A stretch of DNA of 62,068 nt, taken from positions 1-62,068 of the forward strand of contig CAZBZD010000001.1 of assembly GCA_964496295.1 (NCBI GenBank), written 5' to 3'. Under the pieces are notes generated by a model. That model saw only the letters and a program-made list of their open reading frames with translations. It ran no database searches and was not told the origin of the DNA. This DNA is from an uncultured Rhodanobacteraceae bacterium. GTDB taxonomy: Bacteria; Pseudomonadota; Gammaproteobacteria; Xanthomonadales; Rhodanobacteraceae. Positions 1-8,835 of the stretch are shown piece after piece (positions within the stretch are counted from its first letter, which is position 1; the number at the start of each line of letters is the position of its first letter). Both the position numbers and the translations under genes were made by a program.

Positions 1-60
1 GAGGTAACCGACGTGAACCCGCGTAGCGGGATGGCGGCCGGCTGCAGCGATTTGTTTGGC
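1..60 (-). mobile_element. Probable integron attC site, left half (R'' and L'' boxes), running off the window edge
   Basis: The minus strand just after the stop of the 64..600 gene reads GCCAAAC-AAATC-GCTGCAG-CCGGC, the R''/5-nt spacer/L'' layout of attC sites (cf. GCCTAAC-AATTC-GTTCAAG-CCGAC). An internal hairpin CCCGC-TAC-GCGGG follows (18-30). The R' end is not in the window. Confidence 0.65.
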
Positions 61-63
61 ACG

Positions 64-600
64 TTACTCAAGGAGCTTCTTGAATTGAGGATCGGTTACT
101 ACTGCATGTATCAAGTCTTGTACCGCCCCACCGAGAGCCTGAGCCGTGTTGTTGCAGGCAGCTAAGCCGCCAAAGCCACTCTTGAAATTCGTTTTGGAAG
201 TTTTGGAAAGCGTTGCGCCGTTTGATGAAGTGAGTTTGATGCCAAGTTGCCACCAACCGTGTACAAGGCCGGAGGATGACGAGAACTGTACTTCCGTGAG
301 CTTGCCGCGAAGCTGTGTGCCGGTGGTGGAGTAGATTTGAGCGAATTTAAATTCTGAATTGAATGCGTTACGCACGAACTCGGAAATGGGTTCGCCGTTC
401 GCGGTTTCGATGGGTCCGACCATGCGGCAACTTTTGTCAGGATCTGGCGCTGGCGCGAGCGAGACAAGGGCGACGTGGCTGCCAGAAAACCCCCGTAGTG
501 CAACATTGTTGTTCGCAGACATTGAGTACCGCGCTGGAGTCATTGTGGCGCAACCGCTCAACAATGCCAGTACCGCCGCAGCGGCGATCAACTTCTTCAT
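64..600 (-). CDS. Hypothetical lipoprotein, probable integron gene cassette ORF
   Basis: Signal peptide with lipobox (MKKLIAAAAVLALLSG-C) and a purine-rich RBS (GGAAGGGGGAG). Visibly more AT-rich than the rest of the window. Confidence 0.85.
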   Translation of the reverse strand: MKKLIAAAAVLALLSGCATMTPARYSMSANNNVALRGFSGSHVALVSLAPAPDPDKSCRMVGPIETANGEPISEFVRNAFNSEFKFAQIYSTTGTQLRGKLTEVQFSSSSGLVHGWWQLGIKLTSSNGATLSKTSKTNFKSGFGGLAACNNTAQALGGAVQDLIHAVVTDPQFKKLLE

Positions 601-631
601 AGTGCTCCCCCTTCCTGTGTGTGTTTTGAGT

Positions 632-660
632 GCTCAACTAAAATTCGGTTGCAAAGTGCC
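632..660 (-). mobile_element. Integron core recombination site (GTTRRRY), attI-like context
   Basis: The minus strand reads GGCACTTTGCAACCGAATTTTA-GTTGAGC (core at 638-632), about 30 bp before the cassette ATG. GTTGAGCAC is complementary at 7/9 positions to GTGCCAAAC at the downstream attC R'' end. Confidence 0.5.
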
Positions 661-1038
661 ATCTAATCTGTCCACGTAACACGCGAAGTTCCACGGCACT
701 TTTCAGAAAAACCCCGCAAAAATCCTCCACTTGCGTCGACTGTGCAGCCTAGTTCGTCAGCCTAAGCTTGCGGTGCTTGGCCAGGTTCGTGGAGGCCCCC
801 TTTCATGGCATCTTTGCACCACCCCCACGGACGCGCAAGCTCATCGCGCGGCGTTCCGCGAGTCGTGTTTGCCGGGCCGGATGCGCGCCGCATGCGCAGG
901 CTCGGCCGAACACGGACCGGGGTGCGTTTCGAGCGGACGCTTCGGAGAATTGTCGTCGGTCGGGCCCGGCCAGGGCGCGCTTTCGCCGCCGCGACGCGAG
1001 GGCGCGATGCCCGGCAACCGGCGCCGTGGCGACCGGGG

Positions 1039-2055
1039 TCAGTCGCGGCCGGCGTAGTAGTCCTGGTACCAGCGCACGAAGTTCGGCACGCCTTCCTCCA
1101 CCGGCACGACCGGCTTGTAGTCGACCCATTCGACGAGTTCGGAGACGTCGGCCTCGGTGTCGGGCACGTCGCCGGGTTGCAGCGGCAGCAGTTCCATCTT
1201 CGCCTTCCTGCCCAGGCTCTGTTCCAGGACCTCGATGTAGCGCATCAGCTCCACGGTTTCCTTCTGGCCGATGTTGAAGATGCGCCAGGGCGCCACGCCG
1301 CTGGTGGCCGGGTCGGGGCGCATGCCGTCCCAGTGCGGGTCGGCTCCGGGAACCTTGTCGAGCACGCGGATCACGCCTTCGACGATGTCGTCGATGTAGG
1401 TGAAGCTGCGGCGGTGGTGGCCGTGGTTGAAGACCTTGATCGTCTCGCCGGCGAGGATGGCGCGGGTGAACAGGAACAGAGCCATGTCGGGCCGGCCCCA
1501 GGGGCCGTAGACGGTGAAAAAGCGCAGCCCGGTGCAGGCAAAGCCGTACAGGTGGGCGTAGGCGTGCGCCATGGCCTCGTTGGCCTTCTTGGTGGCGGCG
1601 TACAGGGTCAGCGGGTGGTCGGTGCCCTGGTGCTCGGAAAACGGCATCGCCAGGTCGGCGCCGTAGATCGAGCTGGTGGAGGCGAACACCAGGTGCTCCA
1701 CGTCGTGGTGGCGGCAGCCTTCCAGCACGTGCAGGAACCCGGTGACGTTGCTGGAGGCGTACACGTGCGGGTTCTCGGCCGCGTAGCGCACGCCGGCCTG
1801 GGCGGCCAGGTTGACCACGCGTCGCGGCTTGTGGGTGGCGAAGGCGGCTTCCATGGCCGCGCGGTCGGCGAGGTCCGCGCCGACGTGGGTGTAGCCGGGG
1901 TGGTCGGCGAAGCGCGCCAGGCGCGCCTTTTTCAGCCCCACGTCGTAATAGTCGTTGAGGTTGTCGATGCCGACGACCTCGTCGCCGCGTTCGAGCAGCC
2001 GCTGCGCGACGTGCGAGCCGATGAAGCCGGCGGTCCCCGTTACCAGTACTTTCAT
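1039..2055 (-). CDS. NAD-dependent nucleotide-sugar epimerase (UDP-glucuronate 4-epimerase family)
   Basis: GTAGFIG Rossmann motif, LAAQAGVRY, YAATK catalytic motif and FFTVYGPWGRPDMA. Confidence 0.93.
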   Translation of the reverse strand: MKVLVTGTAGFIGSHVAQRLLERGDEVVGIDNLNDYYDVGLKKARLARFADHPGYTHVGADLADRAAMEAAFATHKPRRVVNLAAQAGVRYAAENPHVYASSNVTGFLHVLEGCRHHDVEHLVFASTSSIYGADLAMPFSEHQGTDHPLTLYAATKKANEAMAHAYAHLYGFACTGLRFFTVYGPWGRPDMALFLFTRAILAGETIKVFNHGHHRRSFTYIDDIVEGVIRVLDKVPGADPHWDGMRPDPATSGVAPWRIFNIGQKETVELMRYIEVLEQSLGRKAKMELLPLQPGDVPDTEADVSELVEWVDYKPVVPVEEGVPNFVRWYQDYYAGRD

Positions 2056-2073
2056 GTGCCTGTCCTTGATGAC

Positions 2074-3351
2074 TCAGAGGCGCCCGTCGACGGCGCCGCC
2101 GGGCAGGATGCCCTTGACGTCGTAGACGACCGACGCCGGTTTGCCCAGGGCGCGCACGCCCTCGATGCCCATGTCGACGAACTGGCGATGCCCCACGGCC
2201 ACGATGACGGCGTCGTAGCTGCCGGGCTGCGGCTGCTGCACCGGGCGCAGGCCGTATTCGTGTTCGGCCGCGTCGGCGTCGACCCACGGGTCGTGCACGT
2301 CGACCGCCGCATTGTAGCCGTGCAGCGCCTGCACGATGTCCACGACGCGGGTGTTGCGCAGGTCCGGGCAGTTTTCCTTGAACGCCAGGCCCAGCAGCAG
2401 GATGCGCGCGTCTACCGGGTTGATGCCCTTGCGCACCATCAGGCGCATGACTTCGTGGGCGATGTAGCGGCCCATGCCGTCGTTGGTGCGGCGCCCGGCC
2501 AGGATCAGGTCCGGGTGGTGGCCGACCTGCTGCGCCTTGTGGGTGAGGTAGTACGGGTCCACGCTGATGCAGTGGCCGCCGACCAGGCCGGGCCGGAACG
2601 GCAGGAAGTTCCACTTGGTGCCGGCCGCCTCGAGCACTTCCAGGGTGTCGATGCCGAGCCGGTTGAACAGCTTGGCCAGGTCGTTGACGAGGGCGATGTT
2701 GATGTCGCGCTGCGTGTTCTCGATGACCTTGGCCGCCTCGGCGACCTTGAGGCAGGACGCCTTGTGCGTGCCGGCGGTGATGACCTTGCGGTACAGCGCG
2801 TCGACGAACTCGGCCGTTTCCGGCGTGGAGCCCGAGGTGACCTTGAGGATGTCCTTCACGCGGTGCTGCCTGTCGCCCGGGTTGATGCGCTCGGGACTGT
2901 AGCCGACGGTGAAGTCCTCGTTGAAGCGCAGGCCGGAAACGCCTTCCAGCTCGGGCACGCAGACTTCCTCGGTGGCGCCGGGGTAGACGGTGGATTCGTA
3001 GATCACCACGTCGCCGGACTTGAGGTAGCGCCCGATGGTCCGGCTGGCCTTGACCAGCGGGCTCAGGTCCGGGCGCTTGTGCTCGTCCACCGGCGTGGGG
3101 ACGGTGACGATGAACACGTTGCACGTGCCCAGGGCGTCCGGGTCGGAGGCATAGGCGAGGCGGGTGGCGGCGGCCAGTTCCTCGCCGGATGCCTCGCGGG
3201 TGTGGTCGCTGCCGGCGCGCAGTTCGCGCACGCGCGCGTCGTTCACGTCGAAACCGGTGACGTCGAACTGCTTGCCGAACTCGATGGCCAGGGGCAGGCC
3301 GACGTAGCCCAGGCCGATGACGGCAATCTTCGGATCGTGCAATGAGCGCAT
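2074..3351 (-). CDS. tviB: UDP-N-acetylhexosamine 6-dehydrogenase (TviB/WbpO family)
   Basis: GLGYVGLPLA, YESTVYPGATEE, GYSPERINPGD, GLVGGHCI (catalytic Cys) and FKENCPDLRN. Confidence 0.9.
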   Translation of the reverse strand: MRSLHDPKIAVIGLGYVGLPLAIEFGKQFDVTGFDVNDARVRELRAGSDHTREASGEELAAATRLAYASDPDALGTCNVFIVTVPTPVDEHKRPDLSPLVKASRTIGRYLKSGDVVIYESTVYPGATEEVCVPELEGVSGLRFNEDFTVGYSPERINPGDRQHRVKDILKVTSGSTPETAEFVDALYRKVITAGTHKASCLKVAEAAKVIENTQRDINIALVNDLAKLFNRLGIDTLEVLEAAGTKWNFLPFRPGLVGGHCISVDPYYLTHKAQQVGHHPDLILAGRRTNDGMGRYIAHEVMRLMVRKGINPVDARILLLGLAFKENCPDLRNTRVVDIVQALHGYNAAVDVHDPWVDADAAEHEYGLRPVQQPQPGSYDAVIVAVGHRQFVDMGIEGVRALGKPASVVYDVKGILPGGAVDGRL

Positions 3352-3492
3352 GGGCGTTTCCCCTTGGTTGGTTTCTGGTGCGTGGTCGTGCTTTGCGCGA
3401 AGGTTTCCGCGGGTGCCGGCGGCCGGGGGGCTCCATCATGCCACCGCCGGCCGGCTCGCGCCCGTGGCCCGGCACGGGATGTCCGCGCGGCC

Positions 3493-3930
3493 TCAGACGG
3501 CGTCGAGACGGGGGAGCCAGGCTTTCACGGCGGCATCGATCATGTCGTAGGCGTGTTCGAAGGCCGGCCGCTGCTGCCCGAAGGGATCGGGTATGTCCTC
3601 CTGCCGCCCCCAGGCGTCGAGCAGGAAGGTGCGTTCCGCGGCGCGCGGCACCTCGCGCCGGATGCCGTCCACGTGCGCCGCTTCCATGCCCAGGACCAGG
3701 TCGGCCCGGAGGACCAGGCTGTCATGCAGCTGGCGGGCCACGTGGCGCCGGCCGTCCAGGCCGTGCGCCTCGAGCACGGCCCGGGCCGTCGGGTCCATGG
3801 GTTCGCCGCTCAGGGCCGCGATGCCCGCCGACGACACGGCGATTCCCGGCAAATGGTGACGGAACAGCACTTCGGCCATGGGGCTGCGGCAGATGTTGCC
3901 CACGCATACGACCAGAATCCGCTTGCGCAC
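3493..3930 (-). CDS. wzb: Low-molecular-weight protein-tyrosine phosphatase (Wzb-like)
   Basis: VCVGNICRSP P-loop and DIPDPF motif. Start moved to the GTG at 3930, which has GAGGA upstream. Confidence 0.9.
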   Translation of the reverse strand: MRKRILVVCVGNICRSPMAEVLFRHHLPGIAVSSAGIAALSGEPMDPTARAVLEAHGLDGRRHVARQLHDSLVLRADLVLGMEAAHVDGIRREVPRAAERTFLLDAWGRQEDIPDPFGQQRPAFEHAYDMIDAAVKAWLPRLDAV

Positions 3931-4133
3931 TTCGAACCCGTCCTCGATCGGAACCGCCGGAGCGGGCACTATCCGCCGCCGCCGGTGCTTCGTCAATGCG
4001 GACGGGCACGGCAAGCGCGCCCGCGGCGGGCGTGTCGCGGGCGGTGCAGACGCAAAAGGGAATCGCCATATACCATATTAAGTTCATTCAGTCAATACAT
4101 ATTCGGAAATATTGGCCGACGCGATATTCAAAA

Positions 4134-4162
4134 CTTGAACTGCGTCACATTTGTAGTATAAC
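4134..4162 (+). promoter_or_regulatory. Candidate sigma-70 promoter of the main EPS operon overlapping a CRP/Clp-like site
   Basis: TTGAAC (4135-4140), 16 nt, TATAAC (4157-4162) in an AT-rich divergent intergenic region. CTTGA-N6-TCACA lies at 4134-4149. Confidence 0.4.
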
Positions 4163-4228
4163 GGATGCCCGCCTTGGGCGAAGTCATGACGATTTCAAGG
4201 TGGTTCGGCGCGGGGGAGGGAGCCGGAC

Positions 4229-5629
4229 ATGTATCGATGGTTTCGACAACGAGCGCTGCAATGGCAGATCCTTCTGGCGCTCATCGAGTTCCTGCTTCTG
4301 GCCGGCTGCGTGTACGTGGCCGTCGCGCTGCGCTATTGGGGCCATGCGGACGCGCGCTTCGCCTACATCGACGAGCTGGGCGCGCGCCCGGTGCTGGTGG
4401 CGGCGGTGCTGATCCTCGCGATGACCGCCCTCGGCCAGTACCAGATCCATCTGCAGGGAAACTGGCTGGGACGCCTCAGCCGCCAGGTCGTCGCCTTCGC
4501 GCTCGGCTGGATCGCCCTGACCGTCCTCTACTACGTGATTCCCGCCACCTACGTGGGCCGCGGCGTGCTCGGCATCACCTTCGCGATCGGGTTCGCGACC
4601 GTGGTCCTGTGGCGCATGGCGTTCCTGGTGTTCGTGGACGCCGACCGCTTCAAGCGGCGCGTGGTCATCCTCGGGGCCGGCCATCGCGCGGCGGAGATAC
4701 GCCGCAAGATGCGCCGCAAGGCCGACCATCGCGGTTTCAAGCTGCTGGGCTACGTGCCGATCGGGACCGATCCGGTGATCGTGCCGACGCGGCTGCTGCT
4801 CTATCCCGGCGAGCCGCTGCACGAATGGGCGCGCTGCCAGGGCGTCTACGAGATCGTGGTGGGGCCGGATGACCGGCGCGGCACGCTTTCGTGCGACGCG
4901 CTGCTGGAATGCCGGCGCCGCGGCATCCGGGTGACCGAACTGGCGGCGTTCTTCGAGCGCGAGGCGGGCACGATCACCATGGGGCTCACCAACGCGTCGT
5001 GGCTGGCGTTTTCGGAAGGGTTCAACGTGTCGCGCCTGCAGCGCCTGCTGAAACGCGGCTTCGACCTGGCGTTCGCCACGGCCCTGTTGCTGGTCGCCTG
5101 GCCCTTCATGCTTGCCACCGCGCTGGCGATCTGGATCGAGTCGGGCGTCGGTTCGCCGGTCCTGTATCGCCAGGCGCGGGTCGGTGAAAACGGGCGCGTG
5201 TTCAACCTGGTCAAGTTCCGCAGCATGCGTATCGACGCCGAAAGCGACGGCGTGGCGCGCTGGGCCAGCCGCAACGACGACCGCGTGACCCGGGTCGGGC
5301 GCTTCATCCGCAAGACGCGCCTGGACGAGCTGCCGCAACTGTGGAACGTGCTGTGCGGCGACATGAGCATCATCGGGCCGCGCCCGGAGCGGCCGCAGTT
5401 CGTCGACGAATTCAACTCGCGCATCCGCTACTACTCGCTGCGGCACTGCATGAAGCCGGGCCTCACCGGCTGGGCGCAACTGCGCTATCCCTACGGCGCC
5501 TCGTTCGAGGATGCCGAGGAAAAACTGAAATTCGACCTGTTCTACGTCAAGAACCAGAACCTCGTGTTCGACCTGGCCATCCTGGTCCAGACGGTCGAGG
5601 TCGTGCTGTTCGGGCGTGGCGCACGCTGA
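4229..5629 (+). CDS. Priming undecaprenyl-phosphate sugar transferase, XrtA/PEP-CTERM-associated (TIGR03013-like)
   Basis: N-terminal TM helices. C-terminal bacterial sugar-transferase domain with KFRSM, DDRVTRVGRFIRKTRLDELPQLWNVL, GPRPERP and KPGLTGWAQ. Confidence 0.93.
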   Translation: MYRWFRQRALQWQILLALIEFLLLAGCVYVAVALRYWGHADARFAYIDELGARPVLVAAVLILAMTALGQYQIHLQGNWLGRLSRQVVAFALGWIALTVLYYVIPATYVGRGVLGITFAIGFATVVLWRMAFLVFVDADRFKRRVVILGAGHRAAEIRRKMRRKADHRGFKLLGYVPIGTDPVIVPTRLLLYPGEPLHEWARCQGVYEIVVGPDDRRGTLSCDALLECRRRGIRVTELAAFFEREAGTITMGLTNASWLAFSEGFNVSRLQRLLKRGFDLAFATALLLVAWPFMLATALAIWIESGVGSPVLYRQARVGENGRVFNLVKFRSMRIDAESDGVARWASRNDDRVTRVGRFIRKTRLDELPQLWNVLCGDMSIIGPRPERPQFVDEFNSRIRYYSLRHCMKPGLTGWAQLRYPYGASFEDAEEKLKFDLFYVKNQNLVFDLAILVQTVEVVLFGRGAR

Positions 5630-5647
5630 CATCGAGAGGGCAAGTCC

Positions 5648-6271
5648 ATGAAACCACAATCTCGAAATCCCGTCTTCTGGCTGGTCGCGGCGCTCGGCCT
5701 GCTCCTGCTGGGCGGCTGCGCCGGTGCGCCGGTCGCCGACGGCCCGGCCGCGCCGGCCACGCAGACGGTGCGCTACCAGATCGCCCCGGGCGACACGCTG
5801 CAGATCTTCGTGCGCGACAACCCGAAGCTGAGCATCGCGGTGCCGGTGCGCCCCGACGGCCGCATCTCGATACCGCTGGTGCAGTCGATCATGGCCGCCG
5901 GCAAGACGCCGGAGCAGCTGGCCGGGGACCTGGAAGAACAACTGGGGCGGTACATCCGCTCGCCGATGGTCACCGTGATCGTGACCAGCTTCGTCGGCGC
6001 CTTCGACCAGCAGGTCCGGGTCGTGGGCCAGGCGACGACGCCCAAGGCCGTGCCCTATCGCCGCGGCATGACCCTGCTGGACGTGATGATCGAGGTCGGC
6101 GGGCTGACCAAGTTCGCCTCCGGCAACAGCGCCAAGATCGTCCGCCAGCTGCCCGACGGCAGCAAGCGCACCATCCCGGTCCGCCTCGGCGACCTGATGA
6201 ACGGCGCGGTCGACGACAACCGGGCCATGCGCCCGGGCGACATCCTGATCATTCCCCGGTCCCTGTTCTGA
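5648..6271 (+). CDS. Polysaccharide export lipoprotein (Wza/Poly_export + SLBB; TIGR03027-like)
   Basis: Lipobox LLLGGC, YQIAPGDTL, VRPDGRISIPL and MRPGDILIIP. Confidence 0.92.
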   Translation: MKPQSRNPVFWLVAALGLLLLGGCAGAPVADGPAAPATQTVRYQIAPGDTLQIFVRDNPKLSIAVPVRPDGRISIPLVQSIMAAGKTPEQLAGDLEEQLGRYIRSPMVTVIVTSFVGAFDQQVRVVGQATTPKAVPYRRGMTLLDVMIEVGGLTKFASGNSAKIVRQLPDGSKRTIPVRLGDLMNGAVDDNRAMRPGDILIIPRSLF

Positions 6272-6325
6272 GACGGCGGACACACGCAAGCCGCCAGCGA
6301 CCGGCGACCACCGGAACCGAAAGCC

Positions 6326-7918
6326 ATGCCCATGCAAAATCCATCGTTCGACCTGCATGAACTGTTCCAGCGCATCGTGCTGGAGGCCCACGCCACCTGG
6401 CGCTACCGGTGGCACGCGCTGGTGGTTGCCTGGTGCGTGGCGATCGTCGGCGCGCTGCTGGTGTTCGGCATTCCCAACAAGTACCAGGTCAGCGCCCAGG
6501 TGTATGCCGACACCACGGCGCTGACCAACCCGCTGCTGCACGGCGTGGCGGTCCAGCAGGACGTGCGCGAGCGCCTGAAGATCATCACCCACACGCTGCT
6601 GTCGCGGCCCAACCTGGAGACCGTGGCGGACCAGACCGGCCTGTCCCTGCGCGCCACCAGCCCGGCGGACAAGGTCGACCTGCTGGACGAGCTGGGCGCC
6701 TCGGTGAAAATCGCCGATGCCGGGGCCAAGAACCTCTACGACATCAGCTATTCGGACCCCGACAGCAAGATGGCGCAGCAGGTCGTGCAGGCCTTCCTGC
6801 AGATCCTCATGAACGAGACCCTGGGCGCGGATTCGTCGTCCACCGTGACCGCGCAGAATTTCCTGCGCCAGCAGGTGCAGAACTACAGCGACCGGCTGAA
6901 CAAGGCCGAGCAGGAACTGGCGGCCTTCAAGAAGGCCCATATCGGCTACGTTCCCGGCGCGTCCGGCGGCGGATACGCCGCGCGCCTGGGACAGGCCAGG
7001 GTCCAGCTCGAGGACCTGCAGGCCCGGTACGACACGGCCCTCGGCAGGCAGGCGACGGTCAGGCGGCAGATGCATTCGATGGCGAACAACCCGGGCTCGG
7101 CGGGCCTGGATCCGCGCGTGCAGGAAATCGACGCGCAGATCGCGGCCGGTCGCAAGCAACTGAACGCGCTGCTGCTGCGCTACACCGACGCCTACCCGGA
7201 CGTGGTCAACACCCGCCGCATGATCAAGCAGCTGGAGGCCCGCCGCGAGGCCATCAAGCAGGGCCGCACGGACCAGTCGCTGGCGAGCATCGCCACCGAC
7301 AACCCGGTGTACCAGGAACGCCAGAAGAACTTCTACGACGCCCAGGTCAGCGTGCGCATGCTGGGCAACCAGATCGCGCAGCAGAAGCGCCTGATCGCCG
7401 AGCTCGAGGCCCGCCAGGCCAGGACCCTAGACGTGCAGACCACGCTGCAGAAGCTGACCCGCAACTACACCACGACCAAGCAGCAATACGACGAGCTGGT
7501 GAAGCGCCTGAACACGGCGCAGTTGTCGCAGGCGGCCTCGCAGAGCGGCAACAACCTGAAATTCCGCGTGGTCAATCCGCCCGTGGTGCCACTGGAGCCG
7601 ACGAGCCCCCATCGCGGGCTGCTGCTGCTGGTCGTGTTCCTGTTCGCCGTCGGCATGGGCGGCGCCTTTGCCTACTTCATGCACAAGATCAAGCCGGTGT
7701 TCAGCAGCCTCAAGAGCCTGCGGGACTTCAGCGACTACCCGGTGATGGGCGCGTTCCATCTCATCGAGTCGCAACTGCGGCGCGCGGGCAGGCGTCGCCA
7801 GATCCTCGAGTTCGGCGCCGGGGTGGGCCTGCTCGCGGTCGTCATGGTGTTGGGTTTCGCCTTCAACGGGCCTCTCGCCAACGTGGTTCAGCAGGTCTTC
7901 GTCGTGGGTGTCTCATGA
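6326..7918 (+). CDS. Polysaccharide chain-length determinant/co-polymerase (TIGR03007-like)
   Basis: N-terminal TM, long coiled coil, FRVVNPPVVP motif and C-terminal TMs. Canonical position after the export gene. Confidence 0.9.
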   Translation: MPMQNPSFDLHELFQRIVLEAHATWRYRWHALVVAWCVAIVGALLVFGIPNKYQVSAQVYADTTALTNPLLHGVAVQQDVRERLKIITHTLLSRPNLETVADQTGLSLRATSPADKVDLLDELGASVKIADAGAKNLYDISYSDPDSKMAQQVVQAFLQILMNETLGADSSSTVTAQNFLRQQVQNYSDRLNKAEQELAAFKKAHIGYVPGASGGGYAARLGQARVQLEDLQARYDTALGRQATVRRQMHSMANNPGSAGLDPRVQEIDAQIAAGRKQLNALLLRYTDAYPDVVNTRRMIKQLEARREAIKQGRTDQSLASIATDNPVYQERQKNFYDAQVSVRMLGNQIAQQKRLIAELEARQARTLDVQTTLQKLTRNYTTTKQQYDELVKRLNTAQLSQAASQSGNNLKFRVVNPPVVPLEPTSPHRGLLLLVVFLFAVGMGGAFAYFMHKIKPVFSSLKSLRDFSDYPVMGAFHLIESQLRRAGRRRQILEFGAGVGLLAVVMVLGFAFNGPLANVVQQVFVVGVS

Positions 7919-8835
7919 GCATTGTCGAAAAAGCGGTCGAGAAGCTGAAAACCCGGCAGCCGGAGCCGCCGCCGCGACCGGACGAGGCCGCGCCGGTCGC
8001 TCCCGTCCTGGCGCCGACCGTCGAGCGTTCGCAGGAGCAGGTGCACGCGGTGGAGGTGCCCGACGAGGCCGCGCCGCCGTGGCACCTGGACCTGGACAAC
8101 CTGCGGCGCTCGGGCCTGGTCCCCGGCGAGGCGGAGGCGGAACGCCGGCTCACCGACGAGTTGCGCCGCGTCAAGCGGCCGCTGCTGAACAACATGGCGG
8201 CCGGGGAAGCCGGCGCGATCGCGCACGCCGAGCGCATCGTCGTGACCAGCGCGGTGCCCGGCGAGGGCAAGACGTTCACCGCGATGAACCTGGCCCTGAG
8301 CCTGGCGCGCGAACCGGATTTCGAAGTGCTGCTGGTCGACGGCGACATTCCCAAGGCCAACGTGACCCGGGCGCTCGGCCTCGAGGGCAGGCCCGGCCTG
8401 ATGGACGTGCTGATCCACCCGCAGCTGCGGCCGGCCGACGTCATCGTGCCCGTGGACGTGCCGAACCTGCTGGTGGTGCCGACCGGGGAGCGGCATTCGC
8501 TGACCGCCGAGCTGCTCGGCGGGCGCCGCATGACGCAGGTGCTCGAGGCGTGGAGCGGTGGCCGGCACCGGCAACGCCTGCTGGTGTTCGACTCGCCGCC
8601 GCTGCTGGCGACCTCCGAGGCCCAGGTGCTGACCTCGCACATGGGGCAGGTGGTCATGATCGTGGCCGCGGGCCGGACCCGCCGCCAGGAAGTCCGGATC
8701 GCCATGCAGGCCATGGGCGATTCCCAGTACGTCGGCCTGGTCCTCAACATGAGCCGGTTGCCGCCGAGCGAGAGCCACTACTACGACAGCTACTACAGCA
8801 ACTACTACTCCTCGAACCGTCGCGGGGAGGCATGA
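7915..8835 (+). CDS. BY-kinase, XrtA-associated tyrosine autokinase (TIGR03018-like)
   Basis: Starts MSIVEKAVEKL (ATGA overlap). Walker A VTSAVPGEGKT, LLVDGD, FDSPP and a C-terminal Tyr cluster HYYDSYYSNYY. Confidence 0.92.
   Translation: MSIVEKAVEKLKTRQPEPPPRPDEAAPVAPVLAPTVERSQEQVHAVEVPDEAAPPWHLDLDNLRRSGLVPGEAEAERRLTDELRRVKRPLLNNMAAGEAGAIAHAERIVVTSAVPGEGKTFTAMNLALSLAREPDFEVLLVDGDIPKANVTRALGLEGRPGLMDVLIHPQLRPADVIVPVDVPNLLVVPTGERHSLTAELLGGRRMTQVLEAWSGGRHRQRLLVFDSPPLLATSEAQVLTSHMGQVVMIVAAGRTRRQEVRIAMQAMGDSQYVGLVLNMSRLPPSESHYYDSYYSNYYSSNRRGEA

Noticed and set aside
8776-8812. TACTAC micro-repeat
   Set aside because: It encodes the tyrosine cluster of the BY-kinase and is not an independent repeat element.
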